A stretch of 15,665 nt of DNA from Sulfurimonadaceae bacterium (GCA_041571435.1 JBFFUI010000045.1:1-15665); one strand, 5' to 3'. Counted from the stretch's first letter, positions 1 through 8,668 are shown. Translations and numbers: made by a program. The notes: generated by a model not told the origin, from the sequence alone.

Positions 1-30
1 ACATAATTTCATAAATAATTACTCATCTTT

Positions 31-54
31 CGTTATAATCTCGCAATTATAGCG
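31..54. promoter_or_regulatory. Inverted pair of sigma70 -10 boxes (candidate bidirectional promoter upstream of the metF-like gene)
   Basis: CGTTATAATCTCGCAATTATAGCG contains TATAAT on + at 34-39 and TATAAT on - at 51-46. AGGAA at 56-60 precedes the TTG start at 68. Confidence 0.5.
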
Positions 55-67
55 TAGGAAGCCCTTT

Positions 68-976
68 TTGTTTGAACAACTTATCGATAAACTGCAAAAC
101 TCGACATACATCACTCTTGAGACGACGCCGCCGCACTCCGCGCGTTTCAAGCCTGTAGTCGATACCATTGCAGAACTTGGGCTTGACACGATGGTCGATG
201 GCTTCAGCACCACCGACAACCCGCTTGCCAAACTTAAATACAACGCGCTGTTTGCAGCGCAGATGCTTCAGAACCGTTTTAACAAACCTGTCCTTGCCAC
301 GATGAGTATGCGCGACCGCAACCGTATTGCCCTGCAGTCCGATCTGCTGGGTGCAAACGAAGCCGATGTACGGGCCGTCTTGGCCCTGACAGGCGACCCG
401 GCCAAGATCTCGGACCAGAAAGATGCCAAAGGGGTCTTTGAAGGGGACTCGACCATGCTGCTTGACATCATCGCCGCACTCAATAGCGGTACCGATATGA
501 TGGACAAACCGTTTAAAGAGAGACCCGAGACGATCTATCCTTTTGCGGTCATAAACTCACATGCACGCAATCCGAAATCCCTGCAGAAAAAGATGCTGAA
601 AAAGGTGAATCACGGGGCTGTCGGCATCATTACCCAACCGGTGTACGACCTGGACAATGCCAAACTCCTGGTAGAGCTGATGGATAATGCAAACCGTGAA
701 AGCGACAGAGCACAAGGTGCAACGCTGATCCTGGGTCTATTTCCGATCACCAAGCTTCGTACAGCGCAGTTCCTCGATGCCCATGTTCCCGGTATCCATG
801 TCCCCTCTTACTGGATTAAGGCACTTGAAAAAGCATCTGCCCTCTCAGCGGATGAAGAGTACAAAGTCGGGTTTGCGCTGAGTAAAAAGCTCTTTGACGA
901 AATCAAAGCGGTCCATCCGAAAATACACCTGATGACCGCCAACCAGTTTCAGATCGCAAAAGATATTCTCGCCTGA
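68..976 (+). CDS. metF: Methylenetetrahydrofolate reductase family flavoprotein, 302 aa, TTG start
   Basis: MTHFR motifs TLETTPP (catalytic Glu), TDNP, MRDRNRIALQSDLLGA, LALTGDP (catalytic Asp) and IITQPVYD. The motifs resemble the MTHFR half of YitJ-type bifunctional enzymes. RBS AGGAA at 56-60. Confidence 0.88.
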   Translation: MFEQLIDKLQNSTYITLETTPPHSARFKPVVDTIAELGLDTMVDGFSTTDNPLAKLKYNALFAAQMLQNRFNKPVLATMSMRDRNRIALQSDLLGANEADVRAVLALTGDPAKISDQKDAKGVFEGDSTMLLDIIAALNSGTDMMDKPFKERPETIYPFAVINSHARNPKSLQKKMLKKVNHGAVGIITQPVYDLDNAKLLVELMDNANRESDRAQGATLILGLFPITKLRTAQFLDAHVPGIHVPSYWIKALEKASALSADEEYKVGFALSKKLFDEIKAVHPKIHLMTANQFQIAKDILA

Positions 977-1013
977 CCAAAAAGCCCTTCTTTCAAATTC
1001 CCTTCTTCTGCCG

Positions 1014-1032
1014 GCTTGTTTTTCGGGCAAGC
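1014..1032 (+). terminator. Weak hairpin after metF (possible terminator or processing site)
   Basis: GCTTG (1014-1018) pairs with CAAGC (1028-1032), extendable by G-U pairs. No clear U-tract follows. Confidence 0.25.
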
Positions 1033-1059
1033 AGATTAATATAAGATTTGTATATTTCT

Positions 1060-1068
1060 TGTTATAGT
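1060..1068 (+). promoter_or_regulatory. Extended -10 promoter candidate for the Sel1 lipoprotein cluster
   Basis: TG-T-TATAGT at 1060-1068 in AT-rich DNA. RBS AAGGGA at 1090-1095, ATG at 1100. Confidence 0.55.
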
Positions 1069-1099
1069 TAGAGTCATTTTACAAAAACCAAGGGATCTA

Positions 1100-2707
1100 A
1101 TGCCTATCTATACCGTTATCGCGACCTTCATACTTTCGCTTTTCTTTACCGCATGTACGCCGACACCCGATGTACCTCTCTCACCGGAACTGCAACACTA
1201 TGCCCTTATCAAAAAGAACTGTGAAAGCCTGCGCACAATGCCCGGTATACATGTCCCCGATGCACTTGACAAAGAGTGCCATGACTTTTTACGACGCCTG
1301 GACAAAGTCAATGCCCTGGACTATAAAGTAGCCCACTTCAATGATGATGTCGAGGACCCGTATGCAAAACCGAAACCGGAATATATTCTGCTGCAAAAAG
1401 ATGCAAATCAGCAGCACCTTATAGCCAAAGTCGAATACGAAGAACTCAGCAACACTATCAACCGTGTCTCTCTGGATGCGGTCGAACAAAACGAACTTGC
1501 CGATGTCCAACTGACGCTGCTCTTTCCCGAGACTACATTTACAAAAGCGCATTATGACTACTACAAGCGACAGGCTGCCGAGTATCATGACGTCCCTCAA
1601 TATGTCACCTATAAAAAAAATTATGCCGAAGAGTTGGTCGACCTGGGTCTGGTCCACCTGAGTGAAGGCGATAAAAAAAGTGCGCTCAATGCGTTTAAAG
1701 CAGCAGCAGAACTCAATAATGCCCAGGCCTTCTACCTTGTCGGCATCATCTATGAGGCCAAACATGTCGATAAAGCAATCGAGTGGTACACCAAAGCTTT
1801 GCAGCAGGGCATAAAAGGTGCGCGCATCAACCTCGCACGTCTCTACAACCGCAACCATGAGCCAAAAGAGGCCCAACGGCTCTATCATGAAGCGGCGGAA
1901 GACGGTGATGCTTATGCCCAATACCTGCTTTACGAACAGTACATACAGACGGACAACACTAAAACAAACGCCATGGCCCGTGAATGGGTACGACGATCGG
2001 CAGAGAACGGTTTCCCGCCGGCAGAGTATGCCTATGCAAAAATGCTCCTGAAAGAGGAGAAAAAACCCGAAGCACAAGAGTGGCTCACCAAGGCGCATGA
2101 GCACGGCATACGTGCAGCCAATGAACTCCTGGGCGACCTTTACTACAGCAACAAGCACTATGTTGAAGCTGCTGAATATCTCGGCGCTGCAGAGAGCGCA
2201 AAGGCCAAATATAAGTTGGCCGGCATGTATGAGCAGGGGCTTGGTGTCGAGACCAACTACTACCGCGCTTACATCCTCTATAAAGAGGCTGAGAGACTCG
2301 GTGAGAAAAAGGCCAAAAAAGATGTTGCACGCCTGGCTAAACTGAAAACACCAAAAGAAGAGGCCCATTATGATGCGGCAAAACGCAAAGAGAGACAACT
2401 TCTACAAGAACAGATAGAACGCAACGGAGAAGATCCGATACTCCGCAATATCAGGACCAAAGGGATGCGTGTTCACCTGCAGGGGCTGGTCATGCTGCCA
2501 TTGGAGAAGGGTCACGGCTTTATTATCCACAGTGAAGACGGCAAGAAGTTCTATGTGATCGACCAACAACAGCAGGCAGATGTCGAGCAGTACCAATATG
2601 TCGATATTACGGCAGAGGCTACAGGCAACCCTATCACTGTCAGCAACAACATCGGCCTGACGCGTGATATCTATCAATTCAGGTTTCAGAAACATTGTTC
2701 CCAATAA
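1100..2707 (+). CDS. Sel1/TPR-repeat lipoprotein, paralogue 1 (535 aa)
   Basis: Hydrophobic signal ending in lipobox LFFTA-C, then a Pro-rich tether and an N-terminal Cys pair. About 7 helical repeats follow (e.g. AQAFYLVGIIYE...AIEWYTKA; AKYKLAGMYEQGLGVETNYYRAYILYKEA). The C-terminal beta-rich domain ends IYQFRFQKHC. Confidence 0.9.
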   Translation: MPIYTVIATFILSLFFTACTPTPDVPLSPELQHYALIKKNCESLRTMPGIHVPDALDKECHDFLRRLDKVNALDYKVAHFNDDVEDPYAKPKPEYILLQKDANQQHLIAKVEYEELSNTINRVSLDAVEQNELADVQLTLLFPETTFTKAHYDYYKRQAAEYHDVPQYVTYKKNYAEELVDLGLVHLSEGDKKSALNAFKAAAELNNAQAFYLVGIIYEAKHVDKAIEWYTKALQQGIKGARINLARLYNRNHEPKEAQRLYHEAAEDGDAYAQYLLYEQYIQTDNTKTNAMAREWVRRSAENGFPPAEYAYAKMLLKEEKKPEAQEWLTKAHEHGIRAANELLGDLYYSNKHYVEAAEYLGAAESAKAKYKLAGMYEQGLGVETNYYRAYILYKEAERLGEKKAKKDVARLAKLKTPKEEAHYDAAKRKERQLLQEQIERNGEDPILRNIRTKGMRVHLQGLVMLPLEKGHGFIIHSEDGKKFYVIDQQQQADVEQYQYVDITAEATGNPITVSNNIGLTRDIYQFRFQKHCSQ

Positions 2708-2721
2708 AAGCGAGGTCCACC

Positions 2722-4293
2722 ATGCACCATATCTTTCTCATAACAGTGATGTCGATGCTGTTGACTGGCTGCCTGAGTGCACCCAAACCGCAAACACACC
2801 AAAAACTCGCCGGCTACCAGAGCCTCAAAAAAAGCTGCGAACAGACCCCACCTCAGGCAGTTCGGCAGGAGTGCGCTCAACTGATCACCGATCTTAACGA
2901 AGAGAACAGACTGCTTGACGAAATGCAGCGGATAAAAGAAGATACTAACCAAGAAGCCGCTTACATCACACTTGCTGACAAAGAGTCGATCCTGGCGCAG
3001 AAGCTTGCCGACGATAGAAAGCTTTTGGCCCAAACGTGTCAGACGCAGATCGCCGCTATCGTCGACAGTGATGACCTCAACAGTGTTGCCTTCTGTCTTC
3101 AGTTCGAAGAGAACAGCATCACCCATCATGAGTACAGCTACTTAAAAAAGCATGCCCCAAAATTTGACAGCAATCCGCAGTACAGAGCGTATGAAACACA
3201 CTATGCCAAGAAAAAGCTCAACGAAGGGATCAAGGCGATGAACAGTGGTGATAAGCGCAGTGCCCTGAATGCGTTTAAAGCCGCTTACGATGCCGGAAGT
3301 GCGGAAGCAGCCTATCTTGTCGGTATTGTCTACGAAGAAAAACAGATCAAAAAAGCGATCGCCTGGCACCAAAAAGCACTTGCCGAAGGCGTTCTTCTCT
3401 CCAAGCTCAATCTGGCCAGACTCTATCTTCGCGTCAAACTGCCGGACAAAGCAAGAGGATGGTATCTGAGTGCCGCAGAAGAGAACAACGCCCTGGCCCA
3501 ATACCAACTCTTTAAGATGGATGCAAAATCAAAAAGTCTAAAACGCCAGATGGAGGCGTTGGCATGGCTTGAGCGTTCTGCAAAGAACAACTACCCGCAG
3601 GCGCAGTATATCTACGGGCTGCAGCTCCTTAAACAGAAAAATGCACAGGAGGCGCAACTCTGGCTGGAAAAAGCCTACGCAAACGGTATCAGTGAAACGG
3701 CTGGTTTCTTAGGAAAACTCTATTTCGAAGAGGCTGCGTACGAAAAGGCCTACCCTCTGCTTGCCAAGGCCGAAGCGAGAGGCGAAGCCAACTACCTTTT
3801 GGCCAGGATGTATGAAGACGGCCTGGGGATCAAAAAGAACAGTCTCTTAGCCTATCGTCACTATAAAAAAGCGCATGAACTCGCCCATAACAACTACATT
3901 GCAGACATGAAGCGTCTACAAAAAAAGATGACTAAAAAAGAGCGACAAGCGGCCACATATATCGATAAAAAAGAGGCAGCAAAAGCGAAAGAGCTGGCCA
4001 AAAACTGCGGTCTCCCCGCCACACACAAAAATATTGCAGCAGCGAAACGAACCGTCCATATCGTAGGTGTCGCTGTCACACCTCTCGAAGAAGCCAGCGG
4101 CTTTATCGTCTATGGTGAAGATGAGAAACGTTACTATATCGTTGCCCCAGAGACGGCACCAAAGATCAAACCTTATACCTATGTCGATATCAAAGCAAAA
4201 ACGACGGGCCAAGCTATCACTGTCAGCAGTGACAGCGGAGCACTTCAACCCGTCTACCAATTCCATCTTCAAAAAAACTGTATTAACAACTAA
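2722..4293 (+). CDS. Sel1/TPR-repeat lipoprotein, paralogue 2 (523 aa; start re-assigned to ATG 2722)
   Basis: GAGG RBS at 2712-2715 before ATG 2722. The signal MHHIFLITVMSMLLTG-C is a lipobox. Colinear with paralogue 1 (GDKRSALNAFKAA vs GDKKSALNAFKAA; YVDI; TG-x2-ITVS; YQF-x3-K-x-C). Confidence 0.9.
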   Translation: MHHIFLITVMSMLLTGCLSAPKPQTHQKLAGYQSLKKSCEQTPPQAVRQECAQLITDLNEENRLLDEMQRIKEDTNQEAAYITLADKESILAQKLADDRKLLAQTCQTQIAAIVDSDDLNSVAFCLQFEENSITHHEYSYLKKHAPKFDSNPQYRAYETHYAKKKLNEGIKAMNSGDKRSALNAFKAAYDAGSAEAAYLVGIVYEEKQIKKAIAWHQKALAEGVLLSKLNLARLYLRVKLPDKARGWYLSAAEENNALAQYQLFKMDAKSKSLKRQMEALAWLERSAKNNYPQAQYIYGLQLLKQKNAQEAQLWLEKAYANGISETAGFLGKLYFEEAAYEKAYPLLAKAEARGEANYLLARMYEDGLGIKKNSLLAYRHYKKAHELAHNNYIADMKRLQKKMTKKERQAATYIDKKEAAKAKELAKNCGLPATHKNIAAAKRTVHIVGVAVTPLEEASGFIVYGEDEKRYYIVAPETAPKIKPYTYVDIKAKTTGQAITVSSDSGALQPVYQFHLQKNCINN

Positions 4294-4302
4294 AGGAGCA
4301 TT

Positions 4303-5871
4303 ATGCGTTTTTATTTTTTCGGACTTATCCTATCACTGTTTTTCACCGGCTGCGGACCGCAGCCCGATGCACCGCTGGCTCCGAAGCTGAGTGAATATGC
4401 GACGGCTCAAAAACAGTGCAGCGAATTTATATACGGCAAAAAAGAGCTAAACAGCGCTGTCGAAAAAGAGTGCGACAAATTTATCAAGCGACTTGACAGA
4501 GCAAACACAATGGCCTATAACCTGAAAAACAAAGAGTTTAAAAAAGGTGAAGAGGTCGAAAAAGAGAAAGTCTATGCGCGTGAACGTCTCAGGGTCAAGA
4601 ACCGCTTCAACAGCCTCTCCAAGGCGGTTAAAAAAGCCACACTCCTTGCCATTGAACACGACGATGTCGATCACTTTATACAGGGGATTTCCTTCCCAGG
4701 CAACACCTTTATCGCCCCCTATTATGACTATATGAAGAGCAAAGGAAGTCAGTTTACTAAAGATCCGCGATACATTGACTTTGAAGAGCAGGAGAGCAAA
4801 CGACTGATGGAAAAAGGTACGCAGTACCTCCAGAACGGCAACACGGTTCAAGCACGCGAACTCTTCGAAGCAGCTGCTGAAATGGGCAATCCGGCAGCTG
4901 CCCGTGAGACAGGGACCCTCTACGAAGAGAGTGACATCAAACAGGCGCTCTACTGGCACCATAAGGCTGTTGACGGTGATATCAAGGACTCCTATCTGAA
5001 CCTCGGTCACCTTTATGAGCGTGAGGGTCAAAACGAATCGGCACTCAACTGGTACCTTCGATCTGCTGCGGAAGAGAACGCAAAGGCCCAGTATCAGCTC
5101 TATCTCTACTTTTTGGACAAGAACAGAAGCAGGGCCGTCTCCTGGCTGGAAAAATCTGCCAACAACCAATACCCGCTTGCCCAGTACACCTACGCAAAAA
5201 TTCTTATCAAAGGGACAAAGCGCGATCAGGCCATTGAATTGCTGAAGCAGGCTTCACGCAACAACTATACGCCGGCCTCGGACTACCTCGGTACCTATTT
5301 CTATGATCTGAAACTTTATAAAAGTGCCTATACACAGCTTTCCAAATCCGAGAGTGCCGACTCTTTTTACCTGCGTGCCAAAATGCTTGAAGAAGGGACC
5401 GGTATGGAGCGAGACTATAAACTGGCATGGACCTTCTATACGCAAGCGGCTTACCTCGGTAAAAAGGGGGCCAACAACGATGTAGAAAGAGTCGATCGGC
5501 TCATGATCGAAGAGAAACGCCGTCTGGCCGAAGAGGAGAAGAAGAAGCAGAGTGCAAAGATGGCGAAGCTCGTGAAAGAGTGCGGCAAAATTCCGACACG
5601 TTCATCCATGAAAAAACGTGGCAGTAAACTCCATATCACCGGCCGGGCATCGATGCCGGTCGGCCGCCGCAGTTTTATCATCTACGGTGATGACGGCGAA
5701 GACTATTACCTGCTGCAGGCAAAAGGGATCCAGGAAGATGACTATGTCGACATCTCGGTTGTCTCGACAGGCTCTACCGCCTCGGTAAGTACCGGCGATG
5801 ATGAGAATACTGCGAATATCTACCAGTTCAGGTTTCTGAAAAAATGCGAACTTGAGGAAGACGCGCAGTAG
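4303..5871 (+). CDS. Sel1/TPR-repeat lipoprotein, paralogue 3 (522 aa)
   Basis: AAGGAG RBS and lipobox LFFTG-C. Sel1-like repeats (SYLNLGHLYE...ALNWYLRSAAEENAKAQYQL; MLEEGTGMERDYKLAWTFYTQAAYLG). Same C-terminal domain ending IYQFRFLKKC. Confidence 0.9.
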   Translation: MRFYFFGLILSLFFTGCGPQPDAPLAPKLSEYATAQKQCSEFIYGKKELNSAVEKECDKFIKRLDRANTMAYNLKNKEFKKGEEVEKEKVYARERLRVKNRFNSLSKAVKKATLLAIEHDDVDHFIQGISFPGNTFIAPYYDYMKSKGSQFTKDPRYIDFEEQESKRLMEKGTQYLQNGNTVQARELFEAAAEMGNPAAARETGTLYEESDIKQALYWHHKAVDGDIKDSYLNLGHLYEREGQNESALNWYLRSAAEENAKAQYQLYLYFLDKNRSRAVSWLEKSANNQYPLAQYTYAKILIKGTKRDQAIELLKQASRNNYTPASDYLGTYFYDLKLYKSAYTQLSKSESADSFYLRAKMLEEGTGMERDYKLAWTFYTQAAYLGKKGANNDVERVDRLMIEEKRRLAEEEKKKQSAKMAKLVKECGKIPTRSSMKKRGSKLHITGRASMPVGRRSFIIYGDDGEDYYLLQAKGIQEDDYVDISVVSTGSTASVSTGDDENTANIYQFRFLKKCELEEDAQ

Positions 5872-5926
5872 CGTGCCTTTTTCAGCCTCCACACCATCAG
5901 CGTCGCCGCTAAACTTACCTATTATT

Positions 5927-5935
5927 TGCTATAAT
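5927..5935 (+). promoter_or_regulatory. Extended -10 sigma70 promoter for serS
   Basis: Perfect TG-C-TATAAT at 5927-5935. AAGGA RBS at 5993-5997, ATG at 6003. Confidence 0.7.
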
Positions 5936-6002
5936 CCGCTAACTGTTTATAACTGCTGATAAAGAACCCTTTACCGGCGTCCATAATATTCCAAGGAACC
6001 CT

Positions 6003-7244
6003 ATGATCGATCTTAAACTTCTACAAAAAGACTTTGATTATGTCAGCAGCCAGCTACAGCGCAAGGGTGTAACACAAGAGACAATCGAATCGATTCAAGC
6101 CAAAAACGAAGCGCTGAAGAAAGCAAAAGCCGCTTTTGAGAGTGCCCAGGCAGACCAGAATGCCATGAGTAAGCTCTTCGGTGTCTATAAACGTGAGGGT
6201 AAGGATATCGCCGAACTTAAAGCAAAGGTCGATGCGAACAAGCTTGTTGTAGCAGAGGCCCATGAGAGACAGCGTGAAGCGGAAGAGGCACTTACCGCTC
6301 TTGTTATGGCCGTACCGAATATGCCGGACAGCGATGTCCCTGACGGTGAAGACGAAGAGGATAATGTCGAGATCAAAAAAGTACTGAGCCCGCGCACCTT
6401 CTCTTTCACCCCGAAAGAGCACTGGGAACTGGCGGAGACAACAGGCTGGATCGATTTCGAACGCGGTGTCAAAGTGGCGAAAAGCCGTTTCTCCGTCGCC
6501 TTTGACATGGGGGCACGCCTGGAGCGCGCCCTCATCAACTTCATGCTCGACTTCAACCGTGAACGCGGTTTTATGGAGGTCTCCGTACCCCAGCTCGTCA
6601 ACCGTCAGGCACTGGAGGGGACAGGCCAACTGCCGAAATTCGAAGATGACCTCTACGTCACGACCGACGGTATGTACCTTATCCCGACGGCCGAGGTGCC
6701 ATTGACCAACCTCTACCAGGATGAGATCATCCCCGAAGAGGCGCTTCCTATCAAGATGACAGGCTACACCTCATGTTTCCGTAAAGAGGCCGGCGCTGCA
6801 GGACGTGACACGCGCGGTATCATCCGCCAGCACCAGTTCCACAAAGTCGAGCTTGTCGCTATTGCCAAACCGGACGAAAGCGATGCTATCTTTGACGAGA
6901 TGGTCGCCTGTGCATCAGACCTTTTGAGTGCACTGGAGCTGCCACACCGCCTTGTCACACTCTGTACCGGTGACCTCGGGTTCAGTGCGGCCAAGACAAT
7001 CGACCTTGAAGTGTGGCTGCCGGGACAGAACACCTACCGAGAGATCTCTTCGGTCTCCAACACCCGAGAGTTCCAGGCACGCCGTGCGAAGATCCGTTCG
7101 AAGATCGACAAGAAGAACACGCTGCTTCACACGCTTAACGGCTCCTCGCTGGCCGTCGGTCGTACCATCGTTGCGATCATGGAGAACTTCCAGAACGAAG
7201 ATGGCACTGTTACTATCCCTTCTGCTCTACAGAAATATCTATAG
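6003..7244 (+). CDS. serS: Serine--tRNA ligase
   Basis: N-terminal coiled-coil arm plus class II SerRS motifs [59 protein letters not shown] and [12 protein letters not shown]. Confidence 0.99.
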   Translation: MIDLKLLQKDFDYVSSQLQRKGVTQETIESIQAKNEALKKAKAAFESAQADQNAMSKLFGVYKREGKDIAELKAKVDANKLVVAEAHERQREAEEALTALVMAVPNMPDSDVPDGEDEEDNVEIKKVLSPRTFSFTPKEHWELAETTGWIDFERGVKVAKSRFSVAFDMGARLERALINFMLDFNRERGFMEVSVPQLVNRQALEGTGQLPKFEDDLYVTTDGMYLIPTAEVPLTNLYQDEIIPEEALPIKMTGYTSCFRKEAGAAGRDTRGIIRQHQFHKVELVAIAKPDESDAIFDEMVACASDLLSALELPHRLVTLCTGDLGFSAAKTIDLEVWLPGQNTYREISSVSNTREFQARRAKIRSKIDKKNTLLHTLNGSSLAVGRTIVAIMENFQNEDGTVTIPSALQKYL

Positions 7245-7372
7245 TCACATCTGTTTGAACGCTGCATTTCTGTAAAATGGGGATAGCCGCGTTTCAATAC
7301 CGCAAGTTCTTCCCAAGGAGCAGCGGGATGGATTTGAAAAGCGTTATTGGCAGAAAACAACTATTTAAATAC

Positions 7373-7726
7373 TCAAGTATGTCTTACACTGTATTTGTAA
7401 TCATCACTGAGTTTTAAATTTTTACAGGGTTCGATGAGACCGCCAATCTCACAAGCGGTTCCCCCGATATGACAGATCGTTTTTCCCGTGTCATCCAAAA
7501 AGACAAAGTGTTCTCTTGCATGATCGGCCTCTTTGACATAGGGCGAGTAGATTATATAGTGGGTATCGCTCAAGATAGAGACGTGCTGACACTCCTGGAG
7601 ATAGTATTCACACGCCTTATTGACTTTTTTGATATAGAGCGTGTCTGCCTGAAGTGCCTCTTTCAATACAGGAGTCAGGTTTGGAAGCTCTTTGTCTATG
7701 TTCACATATTTTATTAGAGTTTTCAT
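7373..7726 (-). CDS. Hypothetical Cys/His-rich soluble protein, 117 aa (start re-assigned to ATG 7726)
   Basis: Strong AAAGGAGA RBS just upstream of ATG 7726 (MKTLIKY...). It fills the gap between serS and pssA. No recognised motif. Confidence 0.75.
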   Translation of the reverse strand: MKTLIKYVNIDKELPNLTPVLKEALQADTLYIKKVNKACEYYLQECQHVSILSDTHYIIYSPYVKEADHAREHFVFLDDTGKTICHIGGTACEIGGLIEPCKNLKLSDDYKYSVRHT

Positions 7727-7945
7727 CAAATCTCCTTTTGTGTTTGTACATCTTTTAACTCTATAATACACCACTCAGGCAAACAAGTATCGGTTTTAAG
7801 TGATTAAAATATATGTATTTACATTCAAACAGACGACCGGCACCCTATTTTGAAGAGTAACCGTGTCTATCGCTTAATCAAACCCTTATCGTATCTTCTG
7901 CTGCAGATGTGATACAAAAAGCGTTTTATACCAAAGCGATAATGA

Positions 7946-8668
7946 CTATTTGAGGAGCTTTGAGCGGGTGTAGAGCGCCCACAGTGAACGTATTGGGCCA
8001 TAGATGATATAGAGTGTAAAGAAGAGTGCAAACCCCTCTGTCGGGTAAATAAAGATAAACATCGCAATCGCTACAATAGCAACAAAGACACGTCGCATAT
8101 GTTTTTTATCCATGTCCACTTTTTTAAAGCTCGGGTAACGGATGTTGCTGACCATCAGCACGGCGACCATCAGTGCACTGACCAAGATGATCAGTTTATA
8201 CTCTGCAAGCATGTGATATTTCTCAAACAACAGGACCAAGATAGAGACAAAGACTGCTGCCGTCGGTATGGGAACACCGATAAATACAGAGGGTTCTGAT
8301 TCACCCGTCATCACATTGAACCGGGCAAGACGGATCCCGCCGAAGATGACAAAGAGTGCACTTGTCATGATGCCAAAACGGCCAAAATCATGGCCGGCAT
8401 AGAGATAGATCAGCATCGCGGGTGCCGCACCAAAAGCGATGATGTCCGCCAGAGAGTCAAACTCGACGCCAAACTGGCTGCAGGTGTTGGTCAGACGTGC
8501 CACACGCCCGTCCAGACCGTCAAAGAGCAGTGAAAGCAGCACCATCCATGCCGCCAGGACAAAGTTGCCTTCAATCGCAGAGATGATACTGAAGATCCCG
8601 GTAAATATACTCGCTGCTGTAAAGAAGTTCGGCAGAAGATAGGCGAGCTGATTGGGATGTTTCATCAT
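7946..8668 (-). CDS. pssA: CDP-diacylglycerol--serine O-phosphatidyltransferase
   Basis: CDP-alcohol phosphotransferase signature DGLDGRVAR-x8-GVEFDSLAD, plus RLARFN, FIGVPIP and LMVSNIRYPSFK. Multi-TM protein with ATGA overlap with the upstream gene. Confidence 0.96.
   Translation of the reverse strand: MMKHPNQLAYLLPNFFTAASIFTGIFSIISAIEGNFVLAAWMVLLSLLFDGLDGRVARLTNTCSQFGVEFDSLADIIAFGAAPAMLIYLYAGHDFGRFGIMTSALFVIFGGIRLARFNVMTGESEPSVFIGVPIPTAAVFVSILVLLFEKYHMLAEYKLIILVSALMVAVLMVSNIRYPSFKKVDMDKKHMRRVFVAIVAIAMFIFIYPTEGFALFFTLYIIYGPIRSLWALYTRSKLLK

Noticed and set aside
1289-2398. 369-aa antisense ORF inside lipoprotein 1 (also 4447-5169 inside lipoprotein 3)
   Set aside because: Shadow frame of a well-supported gene. 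The Phe/Leu/Ile-rich composition mirrors Lys/Glu/Asn codons on the sense strand, and no motif is present.
2695-2721. Upstream start for paralogue 2 given by the ORF track
   Set aside because: ATG 2722 has a GAGG RBS and yields a signal peptide matching the paralogues. The longer start overlaps the previous gene.
5940-6002. T-box or attenuator leader upstream of serS
   Set aside because: The leader is only about 60 nt, with no T-box motif or terminator hairpin.
7290-7326. Hairpin CCGC-AA-GTTCTT...AGGAGC-A-GCGG, with GGAGCAGC resembling SRP RNA helix 8
   Set aside because: It lacks the GNRA tetraloop and the CAGG internal-loop strand, and I see no long closing stem. An Rfam scan would settle it.
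7891-7920. Imperfect hairpin GTATC...GATAC followed by A5, as a pssA terminator
   Set aside because: The U-tract falls on the wrong side for minus-strand termination, and the stem is bulged.
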